A stretch of DNA of 64,000 bases from Lingula anatina (taxonomy: Eukaryota; Animalia; Brachiopoda), in NCBI GenBank assembly GCA_051362555.1, contig CM120642.1, positions 25,048,001-25,112,000 of the forward strand. Reading direction: 5' to 3'. Every line of letters starts with the position of its first letter. Positions within the stretch are counted from its first letter, which is position 1. Under the pieces are notes generated by a model that did no database searches, had not been told where the DNA came from, and saw only the letters and a list, made by a program, of their open reading frames with translations. This document shows positions 1 through 13,757 of this stretch, one piece after another. The translations under genes and the position numbers were made by a program.

Positions 1-1213
1 ATCTGCAATATCGCGTTCACTGTGAGAAAAAATTAAGTGAGCACACTTTAGTGATTGACATGCACACAGCATTTTAATCCCTATCGTTTTTTTTTTTTCC
101 TTTAAAAAATCCACGCCTCAAACAACAAACTAGTTCACCCCAATCCTTTTGGGAAATGAAGAAAGCTATTACAGAATAATAATAAAAAAAAGACAAAACA
201 GTGCACTGACACCTGAAGCATAAACAAACTGTTAGATACTGAAGACAAATAACAACAATGAACAGATAAAACTATCTGAAATAGGGCAGTGATGTTGGAA
301 GAAGACAGTCACAGTGAAAGGGGACAGTCAAAGGAAGACAGGATACTGGACTTGGGCCATAGAACCTGAAGATTAACTTGGTCAAAGAGTGGAAGATATA
401 TTTCAAAACTGACTTTAACATACTCGGGGATGAGGCTGTCTTTTATTGGTAAAGTCAACAAATATGGCGTGGGGTCCAGGGGGGTCTCCTAGGCCATTGA
501 CATTTTGGCACAGAAAAAGTCGCAAATCTGCCAATAGTTGGAAAGATCTCATCCCTGATACTAGTAAGTATCTAGAAAACTGGATTTATTTGCCAACTTA
601 TCACCAATATCATGACCACTAGAATCAAGGAAAAGAAACGCCAAAAAGTATTTTCAGTATTATGAATGAAAGAGGAGGATTAAAGAAAAAGTTGCTATAA
701 TTATAAGAAATTCACACAGAAGACTGTCCAGTAACATGCTGATCTTAATCATTCAAAAGTAAATGTACAAGATGATGGCAGATGTTTTTAAATAAATAGT
801 CAACTTTTATGCAGATGTCAGCACTGGTCAGCAATTTTGGTAAAAACCAGCCACATTCCAAGATTTGAGCTGAGTTAAAGGCCCTGTTTAGAGGTTTTAG
901 CCATCACCATTTTTTGTATGTTGTCTTGAAATTCATGTCTGGTTTAATATTTGCCCCACGTTTTTCTGTCAGGGTTATAGTTGTATTGAAAGTGAGAGCA
1001 GTAAGCTAGTGCTACCAGTCCTCAGAGCCCAACAGATCAGCTTATAGCTGACAGTTTTTGCAGGATATTAGGCGACATGGGGATTTTGATAAGAGGCATG
1101 CAGGGATCTATTAAATAAAACAACAAGACAATACATCAACACACAAAACACACAGCATTAAAATATGCATGGAAAAAAAACACAATCTTTTGAAATAGGA
1201 GGAAGAAAAACAC

Positions 1214-4200
1214 CTGCTCCAGCTGGTCTCGTTCTCGTTCCTTTCGTCTTCGTGTTGTCCTGCCTCTCAGGGAGCAGAGATCCTCGTAAATCTCCTGTTC
1301 GCCTTCCTCGACTGTCGTCACTGCTGAATATATATCCTCATCTGGAAGCTCACTATAAAATGTCATAGGTTAAAGGTCAAAGAACTGGCATATGTAGGCA
1401 AAAAAGGATACTTCTTTCTATGGGCAACCCTACCTAAATGGTCAGGTTAGATAAAAGTATGAGCAATGAGTATACCTGTTCAATCAGAAAAGCATAAAAC
1501 AATTGTGTCATATGACATTATGCATTCATGAATTGAACCTTTCTATCCAGAAATGTCAGAATTATCTCAGGCCAAAGGTCACTGAAGGTTATCCAGGTGA
1601 GAAAACTGACACCAATATTATCAGTGCTGAAACAGATCAAGCACATTACTGAAACTAAATACTATTACATTTAGCTTTTTTTATTTGGCTGAACAGAAAA
1701 CACAACTTTTCCTTTATCTTACTTCTAAATTTCTACCAACTATAAATGTTACTAACAAAGAACAATAACCAATTTTTTCCAGTAGTTAGTTTCATAGAAG
1801 TATATTAATTTTATGAAACCAATAAGATTAACATTAGGTAGTGAATATATCCTTTATAAAAAAATATATTTCTTAATAACATTTATGAACATGACAGAAC
1901 ATGTTTAATCTTTGTGCCTCTACTGTTACATCAGTACGTACCATGCCCTGTCCTCTAGTGTTCTATATACGTCCTCCACGGGACTAGGGACTCTGCTGAG
2001 CCGATCTGGGGGAAATCCTCTATAATTCACATGTGATACAACTTTACTTAAAGAACCTCTTTTTTTATTCAGTATTCATAGCCATTCATCCTTCCTTACT
2101 GACAGGATGATTCCAGAGAGATCTTGCAGAACTGTTCCATCATAAGCCATTTCTATTGCTTAATACCCTTTCCTTTTAAATTCATTTACCAATATGGTAT
2201 ATTGTATCAAGAATATAACCCTTTGTTATCTTCAAACAAAGGGGAGCATATTTCTATTTTTGCATTCTTTGATTTTGAGATTTTCTTTCTTTTTCTTTTG
2301 AAAGGGAGAAAATGAAACAGTTTTGCAAGCTCTATCAAAACAGTTACTGGTCAACAGAAGCTGATCCACTTTATACCTAAATGACTGCTCATGTGCCAAC
2401 ATAATATTTGGTATTTTCACTGCTATATCTCCAAGCATGAAGAAAATAATAAATATAAAGGAATTTTACAGAAAAGAAAGGAAACAAACGATTCTTGATG
2501 CAGCCACTCCAGTATGTTGAAATTCAGCTTTCTGATGACTAGTCACCATATCATCCACATGCTGACTTACGTTGCAAGCTCTTCCAAAGTATTGTAATAA
2601 TCATGCTCAACTTGAATGGAGGAATTATCCTGTGGAAACCCACTAAAAATAAAGTAAAAGCAAAAGAGGTGTAAAGCAAAAAGCCCAAGTTATCTGGAAA
2701 TGGAGCAAAAGGATCATGGTGGGCAGTCATGGACCTGAAAGGGGTCGGGGGGGGGGGGGGGAGTGGGGGGGGCCTGCACAAAAGCAGTTTTTAAAGTATT
2801 TTTTCCTTTTTAATTTGAAGGATGGTGAACCTCAGGAAGTCAAGAAAGAGCAATTTTCAGTATATAATGAATGCCTGGACAAGGTGCAGTACTGTATGCC
2901 AAAATGGTAATTTTAAGTTTGCATAGTGCAGAATGTGGATGATTGCAGCTGGATTGTGTATGGGGCAATAATGCTGCAGTATACTATGGTAGGGTTTTGG
3001 TACAAGGCATTACTAAGAGAAAGCTGTCACACAAGGTAGTAAGGGAGGGTTGTGGTACAGGGCAGTAAGGAAGGGTTGTGGTATAGGGCAGTAAGGAAGG
3101 GTTGTGGTACAGGGCAGTAAGGGAGGGATGTGGTACAGGGTAGTAAGGGAGGGTTGTGGTACAGGGTAGTAAGGAAGGGTTGTGATACAGGGCAATGAGG
3201 GAGGGTTGTGGTACAGGGTAGTAAAGGAGGGTTATGGTGCAGGGCAGTAAGGGAGGGTTGTGGTACAGGGCAGCAAGGGAGATATGTGGTACAGGGCAGT
3301 AAGGGAGATATGTGGTACAGGGTATTAAGGGAGAGACGTGGTACAGGGTATTAAGGGAGGGATGTGGTACAGGCCAGTAAGGGAGATATGTGGTACAGGG
3401 TATTAAGGGAGAGATGTGGTACAGGCCAGTAGGGGGGAGGTGCTCTGAAGGAGGCAGCTGACATTCCATTTCCAAATCAGGGCAATCAAAAGAATTTCCA
3501 TGTAACGAAAAGCCATAAGATGATCCTTACCAAAACACTTATGTGTATGCTTAGTAACCAAGCAACAGCATGCAAAATCTAACAACAAATTTAGCCTTGG
3601 TCATAAATTCTAAATATAAATGTTCATCACAAAGTAATTTTAGGGCATTCCACAAAAAAAGTGCAATTTGAGCTGTATCCGGAAGTTTCAATAATCATAA
3701 ACTTTAAATCTTTAAATGAGTACAATCTCTCAAGAACAATGGCTGAAATAAGCTTCAGCAATTAAAAAAGGCACATGATCTTTGAATATGAAAGGAATTA
3801 AAATTTATTAAGTTAAAAAATTAAAATCAAACTAGATTTAACATTTCAACAGCCATTTCAAAATTCATATATTTATGAAATTATCTATAGCAAATGAAAG
3901 TCAGAGACACCATTCAACATTTCAACCTCAATCAGTAGTTGAAATTTTTCATTTTATAATCTTATTTCCCAGATTGTTTAAAAAATCTTTAATTCTTCTG
4001 CACATAAGTAATGCTCACACACAATTAATAAAATAAAACTAACATTTTTAGAAATACTTCACTTAAATTGAAAATTATGATGATAACACAGAACTAAACA
4101 GGGCTCTTAATTCTCTCATTATTCTTTTCGTAAAAAGGGTGGGCAATGGTAAATTGCCCACTTATGTATCCAAACATATTTACTTCCTCACTGGTATAAC

Positions 4201-7200
4201 ACTGGGCTCTTTATTTTTAGACTGTGTTTTTGGAAATCTTTTTTTTTCACATGACGGTTATCAAAAAACATCCGGAGTGTGTTCTTGTATATATAACCCA
4301 ATTAATCGTGATAATGTCATTCTAAAACACACACAGTTTGTTTACTCAAGACAGATTGTTTGTGTATTTAAACATCGTATGCAAAAAAGAAAATGAACTT
4401 GCACCAGGAAGTAAAAAGCAGAAACAGTTACTCTCCAACCAGACCTCTCTTGTGAATATCCTGTTCCCTGTCTGTCTGTCTATCGGTCGGTCATTCTGTC
4501 CGAGTCTCTGTCTGTCTACCAGCTTGCCTTACTCTCTTTGCAATCTTGTTTTATTCATGTGGGGAAAGGAAGCCATTTAACATGGTTATATATATATATA
4601 ATGTGTCTCATTTGAATTTGAATATCAAATAAACAAACAATGCTGTCACCTTTTTTTTCTTTTCTTTATGTAGATTGATATTTCATTACGGAACCCTCTC
4701 ATCCAGCCTCCCATTTCTTGACGTTGCACCCATAAGAAGAACGATCATGCTTATTAGGCTCCCTATCATCGTAAAAATAACATCTTAACATGTGCTGAGG
4801 TACCAGAAAAAACAACTGTCAAAACATATAAGTTATGAGGAGTGCCTAATACGTAATATCCAAAGCAACTTCTTTAGGATCATTTCATTAAGGCTGTTAT
4901 TATTCTAGGTCTGGCAAACACCTAACAAATCTCATAATATAAGCTACATGTATCATGAAGTACATCAACTATATGTCAAGGTATGAAAATTTACCTTTCA
5001 ACTTGCCAAAAAGACCTATCTAACAACAAATTAAATGTACCTAAATTACTATAACACTCCATTTTGTTTCTCATTTGGTTATAAAATTTTAGATCAACCC
5101 AGCATCAGCCAGGAGGGTAAACATTTCCTGCATATTTCACGTATCTCAAGGGCTGTGTAAAAGATTACTGCAGGTCTGCTGGGAAGAAAGTTCTTAAAAG
5201 GACAGTATATGGGACTCAACACTAAGAAAAAATATATCACTCTTTTAATAACTTTATAAAAGAAAGAAGGAAAAAAGAAAATGAAAGAAAATTGTCATAC
5301 ACTCAGGTGAATTTAAGTTTCAATTTGATAAAAATTCTAGAACACTGAGCATCTGAATGCCAGAACAAATAAAAACAATATATTTTCCTCCAGCAAGATT
5401 ATTTTTCCTTGGAACATATATAATGCTTGCAGGAACACTATACAAAATACACAATTTAATAAAGAAATGATGTGTTTCATAAATTTTGATACCAAGTGAC
5501 ATAGACCACCCTCTTTAATGAAAAACAAATGCTACGGGATGGTGGTATACAACCACAATCATGTGATAAAAAAGTTCAATCATGTCAGGAATTTTATAAA
5601 CAATTTCAACATTGGGTGGCGCAGGATAGATATTTTCATATCCTGTCTATCTGAGACTATTATTCATATAAATCCACCCAATCAGATGATGGTCTGCTCA
5701 GACAAGGATCACTTAGGACTGACTTGAGTGGATCATTTAAAGTCATACTTTGAGTATATAATAGTTCTAATATTAAAGGGATAATAACTCTTTGTATGAG
5801 ATCTATATTTCACAATAAAAACATTGTGAATAACTCACAGAAATATAATATGTTCTGTTTTAGCACAAAACGGCAGTTATAGCTATTATTCTGATATCTG
5901 AGCTTGTCTTCAGACCACATGACCTCCATTAATGGCTATACTCTGTTATAATCTCTTAAGAGATTTTTTACCAAAAACCAAACTTTTTGGAAAAAAAAAG
6001 GGACTAAATTTGAATATAAAAATGAATTCATTAACCATTGGTAAGTATGGGGAAAATTGTTGTTAACTCCAGGAAAATTCATTTTTTGGCTAAAACGAGG
6101 AGTTATTATCCCTTTAAGGCTTTGAAATCTAGGGCACACTATTGCAATTTGCCTGTGATATAGTGAGTGTCAACATCAGTCCATTTCATCAGCTGGGTTA
6201 ATTTTTTTCCAAGGACACTTGTTAATAACACATTGTAACTTGTTTTTAATAGTATCAGAAGGCAATGGGGGTTGGGGGCCGTAAGGGGCAGAGGGTAATA
6301 CAGTAAGACACAATCTAATAAGAAAATAGGAAAAGTTACCCATTGATGACTTCTTGACTTGAAAATACTTTTACAATGAGACACCTTGGGGTTATTACAG
6401 ATTGTTTATAAGAAACCAACTACCTTGGTGGGTTTCCTCCACATCACAAGTGTGGATTTTTTATATCTATCCTAAGTTGTTGCCACCCCACCCTCCAAAA
6501 AAAATTTTTTTTTTGTCTCTTGCCACCAAACATATCTCCATTTATAAGTTACAAGTTGTCAGTGTGGATGGGGTCTTCCTGTACATCAGGAAATTGCAAT
6601 GTTATTAGGCCAGTGCATCTCAGTATAATTTACCAGTATGCTTTCAAAGGCTGACATTGCTAAAATGACTACATCAAATAAATTCTTTCTTTTATCAATC
6701 TATTTGTTTTGAAGGTATCTTTCACAATGCACATGTTTGAAAATGCCCCAAAGTTGTATTTTAATCTTGCAAAGCTTCTGGATTTTCTTTACCAATTCAG
6801 ATCTCACAAATGATAACACCTCTCAGATAAAAGTTTATCCAAAGCATAACTTATGTGATAATTTTCTCCTGGGCCTTGGAACCTTACAGATCCCTAGCAT
6901 TAGCACCTTGCCAAATTTTCTAAAGGGGGGGTCTGGCCATGTCATACATTTTTGCTAAAAGTTTCTTCTTTGGAAATGAAAATGAGATCATTTTAGATTC
7001 TGCATGTCTTGTAAAAATTCCAGGAAGACTTATGGCAGTCTAAATTTGAAAAATCCAAATTTTTATCCTGTAAAGCTTCTTGCCTCTCCTTACCAATTCA
7101 GATCTTATAATTGATAACACATCTCAAATCAAAAAATTTTATCCATAAGGCATCACCTGATATCATTTTATATTATGGGGGGGGGGATGGCCCTGTTACA

Positions 7201-10200
7201 AAATTTTGCTATCGGTTTCTTGTTTAGAAATGAAATTGAAACCATTTCAGTTTCTGCACGTTTCGTAAAAATACCAGGAAGACTTAAAGCCATCTAAATG
7301 TGAACATTTACAACTAAATCATTTGATTAGAAATGCTACAAACATCTTATTCAGGTGCACGAACAGCTCAATCAATGATGTGAGAGTAGGAAAAAAACTG
7401 ACTTTTTTAAAAGGAAGATTCGATTTGCTGTGAAATTCCAAGACAGGATACACTGAACTTATCCATTCATTAATTGATCCGTTTCTACTTTTCTTTCCAA
7501 TGCAATATTTCTTTCTTGCTCTTTTGATCTCCGTTTGACAACATTTGTCCATTTCCCAGTCTGTCTCTATCTGTCCAACAGCCCCATCCATCCCTTACCA
7601 AATAGCTTTTTATTCATTAAAGCAGGGGAGTAATCTCTCTCAAGGACATTTAGTGTTAGTCTTGGAATACAGTTGGACATCTTTCTTTTTGCTCTTTCTC
7701 GCAGTATATGTAATTTATATTGGTTACTTGATGACTTTAACCTCAACTTTATCTGTGACATCTAATATCTGCATTTCAGGTTTCTCAGCACAGGGTATGA
7801 CCCACCACTAAGATAAGATTTTCCCCTGTATTATTTTAAAGAGTTTTTATGGCTATCTGTACTACATTTATTTTATCTGATACACACAAGATATAAACTG
7901 CAATACACCAAATACTAACCAAAGGTTACCAGCAATGGAACCACATGCAGCATAAGTAGCTATTTCATCCCTTGGGTAATATATCATCCAGTACTTAGTA
8001 ACTAGTACCAGGAAAATAGACACTTGTACTAGTCTGGTTGTTTTCTTTCCAGGGGTATGCCTATATAAGGGACCATTCCCACAGATATTTGGATCGATCT
8101 ATCTCCCTGGGGAATCTCGATTAATTGTTATCAAACTAACCGGCATAAATGTCTGTCACACCCAGTAAAACTGTTAGGGGGTAATTATCTTTATCCCTAG
8201 CTGATTCGGTAGGTGTGGCAGACATTTAAGCCTCTTGAGCTGATAGCAATTTAGCATGAACCCCTAAGTATGGGAACCCAGTCTAACATACACTTATCAT
8301 TCTAGTAGGTTTCGTCAAATTATCCTCATGTACTTGTTGCACTAGGAAAATGCTATTTTCAGGTCATTTGCACATTGTTTTTGATCTTTAGAATATTTTC
8401 AAAGGTGGCATAATCTTTATCTTTTATGCCAGTATCAATAAATGCTTTAAAACCACAGTTGTTAAAATGGTTTCCAAAAACACAGACTTTTTGTAGAAAA
8501 TAATATAATTCCACTTGTCAATGCCCAGATATGCTAACTAGCATCTTTTAAACAATAGCAGTCATCCAAGTATACTTACTCTATGCCTGATGCTAAAGCC
8601 AACTCCGACTTGGACAACTTGGACAGTGTGTTAAGAACCTGGAAAATAAAACAGAATCAACACTGTTTAAACAGTTTTAACATATAATTGTTTGAGTGCA
8701 TCAAGTGTAAATACTGACATGAATTTTATGGCCATGTAAAATTCATTTGTTTTGGAAAATTTCCACAGAATTATCCCCTATTTAACACCTTTCCATAACT
8801 ATAATCATCTATCAAAACCAGTTTACTACAAGTGAGTTTTATTATATTCTTTTCTTGAAATGTAAAAAGATGTATCATGTAATTAAATCAATGTGTTAAG
8901 ATCCTGAAATTGAACTTTTACAGCTTTTTTTATTTCTTTCATTTTTTATTTATTTATTTATTTATTTATTTTTTTTTTTTTTTGGGGGGGGGGGTATTGT
9001 TGTGCTATTCATTTGAAACAATGAAAATATGAATGAATCTGCATTCTGTATACTAATATGGCAATGCTCGTGCATAATCCAATTTGGTCAATTCATGATA
9101 GTACTAAGCACCGAAAATATATATAATCTACATCTTACTTGGCATATATAGAAACATTTTTACATGGCACATGTGTGAAAATTCAACATGCCATATATAC
9201 AAAAACATTTATAATCAAGGTATATCAATATTCAGGTACTAAAATCTCAGAGTTGTGCAGGCTGTTTATTTATAAATCTACTCTGTACTTCAATGAAGTA
9301 TGGGGGGCTACATACGCGAGTGCCTTTGCATGGCGTGTGGTGAAATATTTTTTCTATATATAGAACGAATGAATGTTTTAATAGATACTCATACAGGGGG
9401 AGTGTTAAGAATGAAGATGCTTTTATCTGTGTTATCAAACTTACCACTCTCATTAACAGACAAATTATACACCATTAACAAAGTGCTTGCCTGGGTTTAT
9501 TTTGCCATCAAAAACACAGCAGATTCTCTAATATCGATATTCTTCCAAGTTTACATTTCCGTCATAGGAAAAAATTTCTGAAAACATGTCAGTCTCCATA
9601 AAAATTACTTAAAATTAATAGATTCAATATCTATATGTTTGATAACTCAGCTGACACAGGCATCTGAAACAATTTAGATAAAACTGTGGTGTATCTTTTA
9701 TAGCTCTATAGACAGAAATTGGAAATATTTACTTTAGACATTGACATAAAATGTATTTGATTTAAAATAAACATTCAAGTTTTGCTTTTCAATGACATTA
9801 CAAGCATCATTCATTCAAACTAGAACATTCCGCAAAATTCTGCTTCCTGATGCTTTATTTATGAATAACAAAGATGGGGACAAACAAACAAACACGACAA
9901 AAGGACCTTAACCCCTACCCCTCAATATACCGTCTCCCCATGCATCTTCCCTTATGTCTGAATATTTGCACAGGCCAGCAATTTCCATTTCAAAATAAAA
10001 AGGATGAAAACCTTCCGAGAGACCAATATTTATTTTCCCTGTTTTAAGACTTATTCCTAGACAGCCGCCTTAAAAGCTACAGTGATGGTCTGCAACAACC
10101 TATTACTGCACATTTATCACTGGGGCACAGCCCTATTAACCAGGATGCTTTTGATAAAAATAACCTATTAAACCCATCAATTCATTTCCCATCTTTGCCC

Positions 10201-12173
10201 TGGCCAGAAAGTAAGCAACACTAAAAACAGCTTTTGATAAAAATAACCTATTAAATGCATCAATTCATTTCCCATCTTTTCCCTAGCCTTAAAGTTAGCA
10301 TTACCAAGAACAGTGAGGCTTTTTTCTTTTTGTTAATATAAGACAAATAATTGTATCGTATTCAAGTTATAATCTCAGCTACATGATAATATTGATAAAA
10401 ACTATAAAATTGTTTCCATTGAAAACGACAACAAATAAATAAATGAGTTCTTAAAGCAGCTCTACAGAAGAAACAAGGTTTCCCACAGCCCTTACAATTA
10501 AGAAAGTTCTACATTCAAACCACCAGATCTGCAATTTTACAGATTTATGACCCATTCAATAAACGGTACTTTGGAAGAAGATTCTGAATAATGAAAGAAA
10601 AGGTTTAATTTTCTAGTTACATGGGTAATTCTTTTTCCAGTGATTTATTCTCCCCCTTTTCTTCCTTTTTTTCACACATCACCTAAACCATAATAATTCA
10701 TTCATTCATTATGTAGCTATTATCATGAACATTTAAGTCATGTAAACGTCTTAACTTTCATAAATATTCCATATAGCACTGCAGTACACTTTAAAATTCT
10801 GATGCAGTTTTAAGCAAAATTGTGAACTTAACAAACCACGAATAATGTAGCATCATAATAAGCTAATCAGTATTTACAAAGACTGCACAAAAGAGGTCAA
10901 ATTTTAAAGAGATTATTGTGATTTCAAAAACTAAATTGAATTCTTCTTTTTAGTTATTCCCGTTCAGTAAAGTAAAACAATTTTCATCTTTTCTATCTTA
11001 TGGACACCACAATTTTGCAGATTGTTGTATGTGTACTTCAGGAAGATAACAAAAATACAATATGTTTAGCAACAATGAGCAAAACGTGTAGCAATCACAA
11101 CAGGGTCAAATGGACTTTATATCTAATTTTTTCTGAAATTATAATCTTACCTTTGCAAAATCTTTGACATCAAACAAATCATAGGAGTCAAAAAGATCCG
11201 ACTCTCTCAGTCCAAATTTGTTCTTGCATGTCTGCAGGAAAGTCCTAATATTCTTTAAGCATAAAAACTGGAACAAAAACAAAATTTCTCATAATATCAA
11301 TAGTGAAAAAACAAGTCATTTTGAGCACTGTTGTGCTTAAACATATGTGTAAAAAACAGACATTAAATCTTATTACTGTGTAGTGGGGATGGGGGGGGGG
11401 GGGTTGGTTGATGGGACGATGATGACAGGTGATATTAGGAATGTTAAGTTAAATTGTGGAATAAGTGATTAACAGTAAAATGACATGGAAGCAAATAACT
11501 TTTACTTAAAAAAAAAAAAAAAACTATAGGTGCATTTTCCCTAGCAAGTGCTTAAACTTACCCTTGCACGGACAGTAGTTAACCACTACTGTACTCCTCT
11601 TTTACTTATAATTTAGTACAACATAACATTCAACTTTTTCAGTTCTACTTTGCTGCTACATATAAACAAGGTTTGGTCAGTCAACTTAAGCCCTACATAA
11701 GGAGAGCCATTTTCACATAAGAGTAACAATATCATTAGAGTATGTGTGGTTATCTTTGGTGAACCTTAAGAATTTGCGACGTGCAAACTTAAGAGTATGC
11801 ATCTGAAACATTTTAAGGATGATCTCTTTTCTATTTTCACACATCATTTACATGTAGTAATGTGACAACAAAGTAGGGTGATTAGATTTTAAAAAGAGTC
11901 TACAGGTATCGAAAAAATGTCCGAGATTCAACCAGGAAATGGGACTTTTTAAATACTTACCTGGGACATCTGTGGACGCTGACTAAAATCTTTCATGTCT
12001 ACAGCTCCGGGACTCAGAGTGTTCAGAAGATGACACAGTAAAACCCCATCTCGAAGAGTCTGTGCTAAGTCGAATATTTCGGCATTTGGGAACATCACGC
12101 GATGATCCCGGGGTAAAATCTCGCATCGTATCAGCCAGTCTGCACACAGCCTCCATAAGTCTCTCGTCGCCAT
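1214..12173 (-). CDS. VAV: Vav guanine-nucleotide exchange factor, 5' part (CH domain + acidic region); gene continues beyond the left edge
   Basis: Exons with GT-AG borders and consistent phases: 12173-11961 ([14 protein letters not shown]...[16 protein letters not shown]...RPQMSQ), 11267-11151 ([39 protein letters not shown]), 8638-8580 (VLNTLSKLS...), 2019-1942 (GFPPD...EDVYRTLED), 1352-1214 ([11 protein letters not shown]...EQEIYEDL). This is the Vav CH signature plus three acidic-region tyrosines. Confidence 0.95.
2985..3435. repeat. ~26-bp G-rich minisatellite (TGTGGTACAGGGCAGTAAGGGAGGGT), ~17 copies, in a Vav intron
   Basis: Tandem units are directly visible; they generate the spurious Pro/Tyr-rich ORFs 2984..3475 and 3013..3195. 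Confidence 0.9.
5777..6113. mobile_element. TTAA-flanked MITE (Kolobok-like termini), copy 1
   Basis: TTAA|AGGGATAATAACTC ... GAGTTATTATCCCT|TTAA; a homologous copy lies in opposite orientation at 41049-41386. Confidence 0.8.
6771..7300. repeat. Diverged tandem duplication of a ~300-bp unit (2 copies)
   Basis: AAAGCTTCT..TTACCAATTCAGATCT..TGATAACAC at ~6771 and ~7072; GAAATGAAA..CTGCA..GTAAAAAT..CAGGAAGACTTA occurs in both copies. Confidence 0.6.
10147..10310. repeat. ~83-bp tandem duplication
   Basis: GCTTTTGATAAAAATAACCTATTAAA...CATCAATTCATTTCCCATCTTT occurs twice in tandem. Confidence 0.7.
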
Positions 12174-12320
12174 TTTGTCACTGACGATCAACTTCCCGAA
12201 GACTGAACTTCCCTGATGCCTGAAAATCACGTGACAGCCTCAGACGGATCCCTGGCTCCTTGAAGCAATGGTACTAAAATCACTGTTTCTTAGACCTTTC
12301 GCACACTTTGGAAGATATAG
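12174..12320. promoter_or_regulatory. Vav 5' UTR/proximal promoter with TCACGTGAC E-box (USF/MiT-TFE type)
   Basis: CpG-enriched sequence directly upstream of the Vav ATG; TCACGTGAC at 12227-12235. Confidence 0.4.
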
Positions 12321-13757
12321 ATCTTATTCAACCAACCCTCATAATTTATTATTTCAAAAGTGTAACTCGTTTGGGAAATACACATATTCGAAACTAATAT
12401 CAAAGCTTACAAATTAACTCCTGTTACAAAAATCTGCGGCTTCAAATTTTATATTAGCTCTGCAAGGTTTTGAACTTGTCAGTGATACCTAGATACGGCC
12501 TTCAAAGGTAGAACCATTTCACCTGGTCAAGTCAAATTAACCGCATAGGGAAAGTTAATCCAACAAGTGAAATATTGCTGAGGCACTAAAAATGCTGTTC
12601 CCCAATATGTAAGTATCTTAGAAGAACACTGAGACCATATGAAATCGACAGAGAAAATCCAGAAACAGCGACAGTAAGACACGCTTATGACATAACACAT
12701 CAATGCTGCTCACATGTCTTAACAAATTTATTAATTTCATTTCACAAGAAAGCTGACGATTTGCTTATGCATTTGCTTCACTTAAGTTGCCTGGTGTTCT
12801 GAAATTAATTATGTTAATTTTTACATCACATTACATGATATGAAATGTGAAAAGAATTAACCTAGACAAATTTTGAGTTTCTTAAAAAATAATAGTAATT
12901 AATCATAATAAAGAAATATGTATAAGAGAATAACAAATATGACTCAAGTTCATGCCATTTGGGTTTTCTCTTAGGTGTCTCTTGTCACCACTTTTCTTTT
13001 CAAGTTATTAAGTGCCATTTCACGAGAGAATCAACCAAATTAGCCAAAATGTGGCAAGGTGGGGGTCAACAGATTAAACCCAAATTTTCTGTGTTTGACA
13101 ACTGTTACAAAAGATGTTGAAAACACACTTCAAAAAAATTCTGAAAATTCTGGAAAAAATAGATATTGCCATCTGAAATTTGGGGGGCCTGGCTACACAA
13201 AATATCGTAACAAAAGTAGTGGAAGTTTGCTTGAGAATTCCATGAAGGTTTTAACATTTCAGCTTTAACTATTCCCTTTTTCTAAGGGTCCATGCCAAGA
13301 CCTTTCGGGTGATGTGTGACTAAAATGTCAATCACGTTGCTATAGTAACGAATTTGGCCCGTGAAAAGAGGGTACAAAATCAAGGTCAAAAATCAGCACT
13401 CGCCGATTGGCAAATTTAGCCTAACACGGCGTCGATTATGAATGAAATAAGGCAATTTTTGAACAGTTAAGGTCTTGAGCTTTGTAATTACGCAATAAAA
13501 AATACTGCACCTCGTCAGGATACGTTGGGGTGGACGTCTAGAATGAGGGGTATGAGCGGTGAGTTATACAGTGATTCCGGTTCACAGTGCCGTTCAAATG
13601 CGTTTCATTTTTATAAATCGTACTTTTTGTTTATATTAATATAATAGAAAATATTCTTAAAGTTTTATTAAGGTTATTGTAAAGATTAGAGGATAAAGAA
13701 AATATTTCGAAACTATCGTTTACGACTCTGCGTCATTGACCCCAAAATGTACACAAC

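Noticed and set aside
2984-3475. 163-aa Pro/Tyr/Cys-rich ORF
   Set aside because: Translation of a ~26-bp minisatellite (unit not a multiple of 3) within a Vav intron.
13059-13268. Near-identical ORF pair 13059+ / 17358-
   Set aside because: Mirror images within the TIRs, non-ATG start on the left copy, no coding signature.
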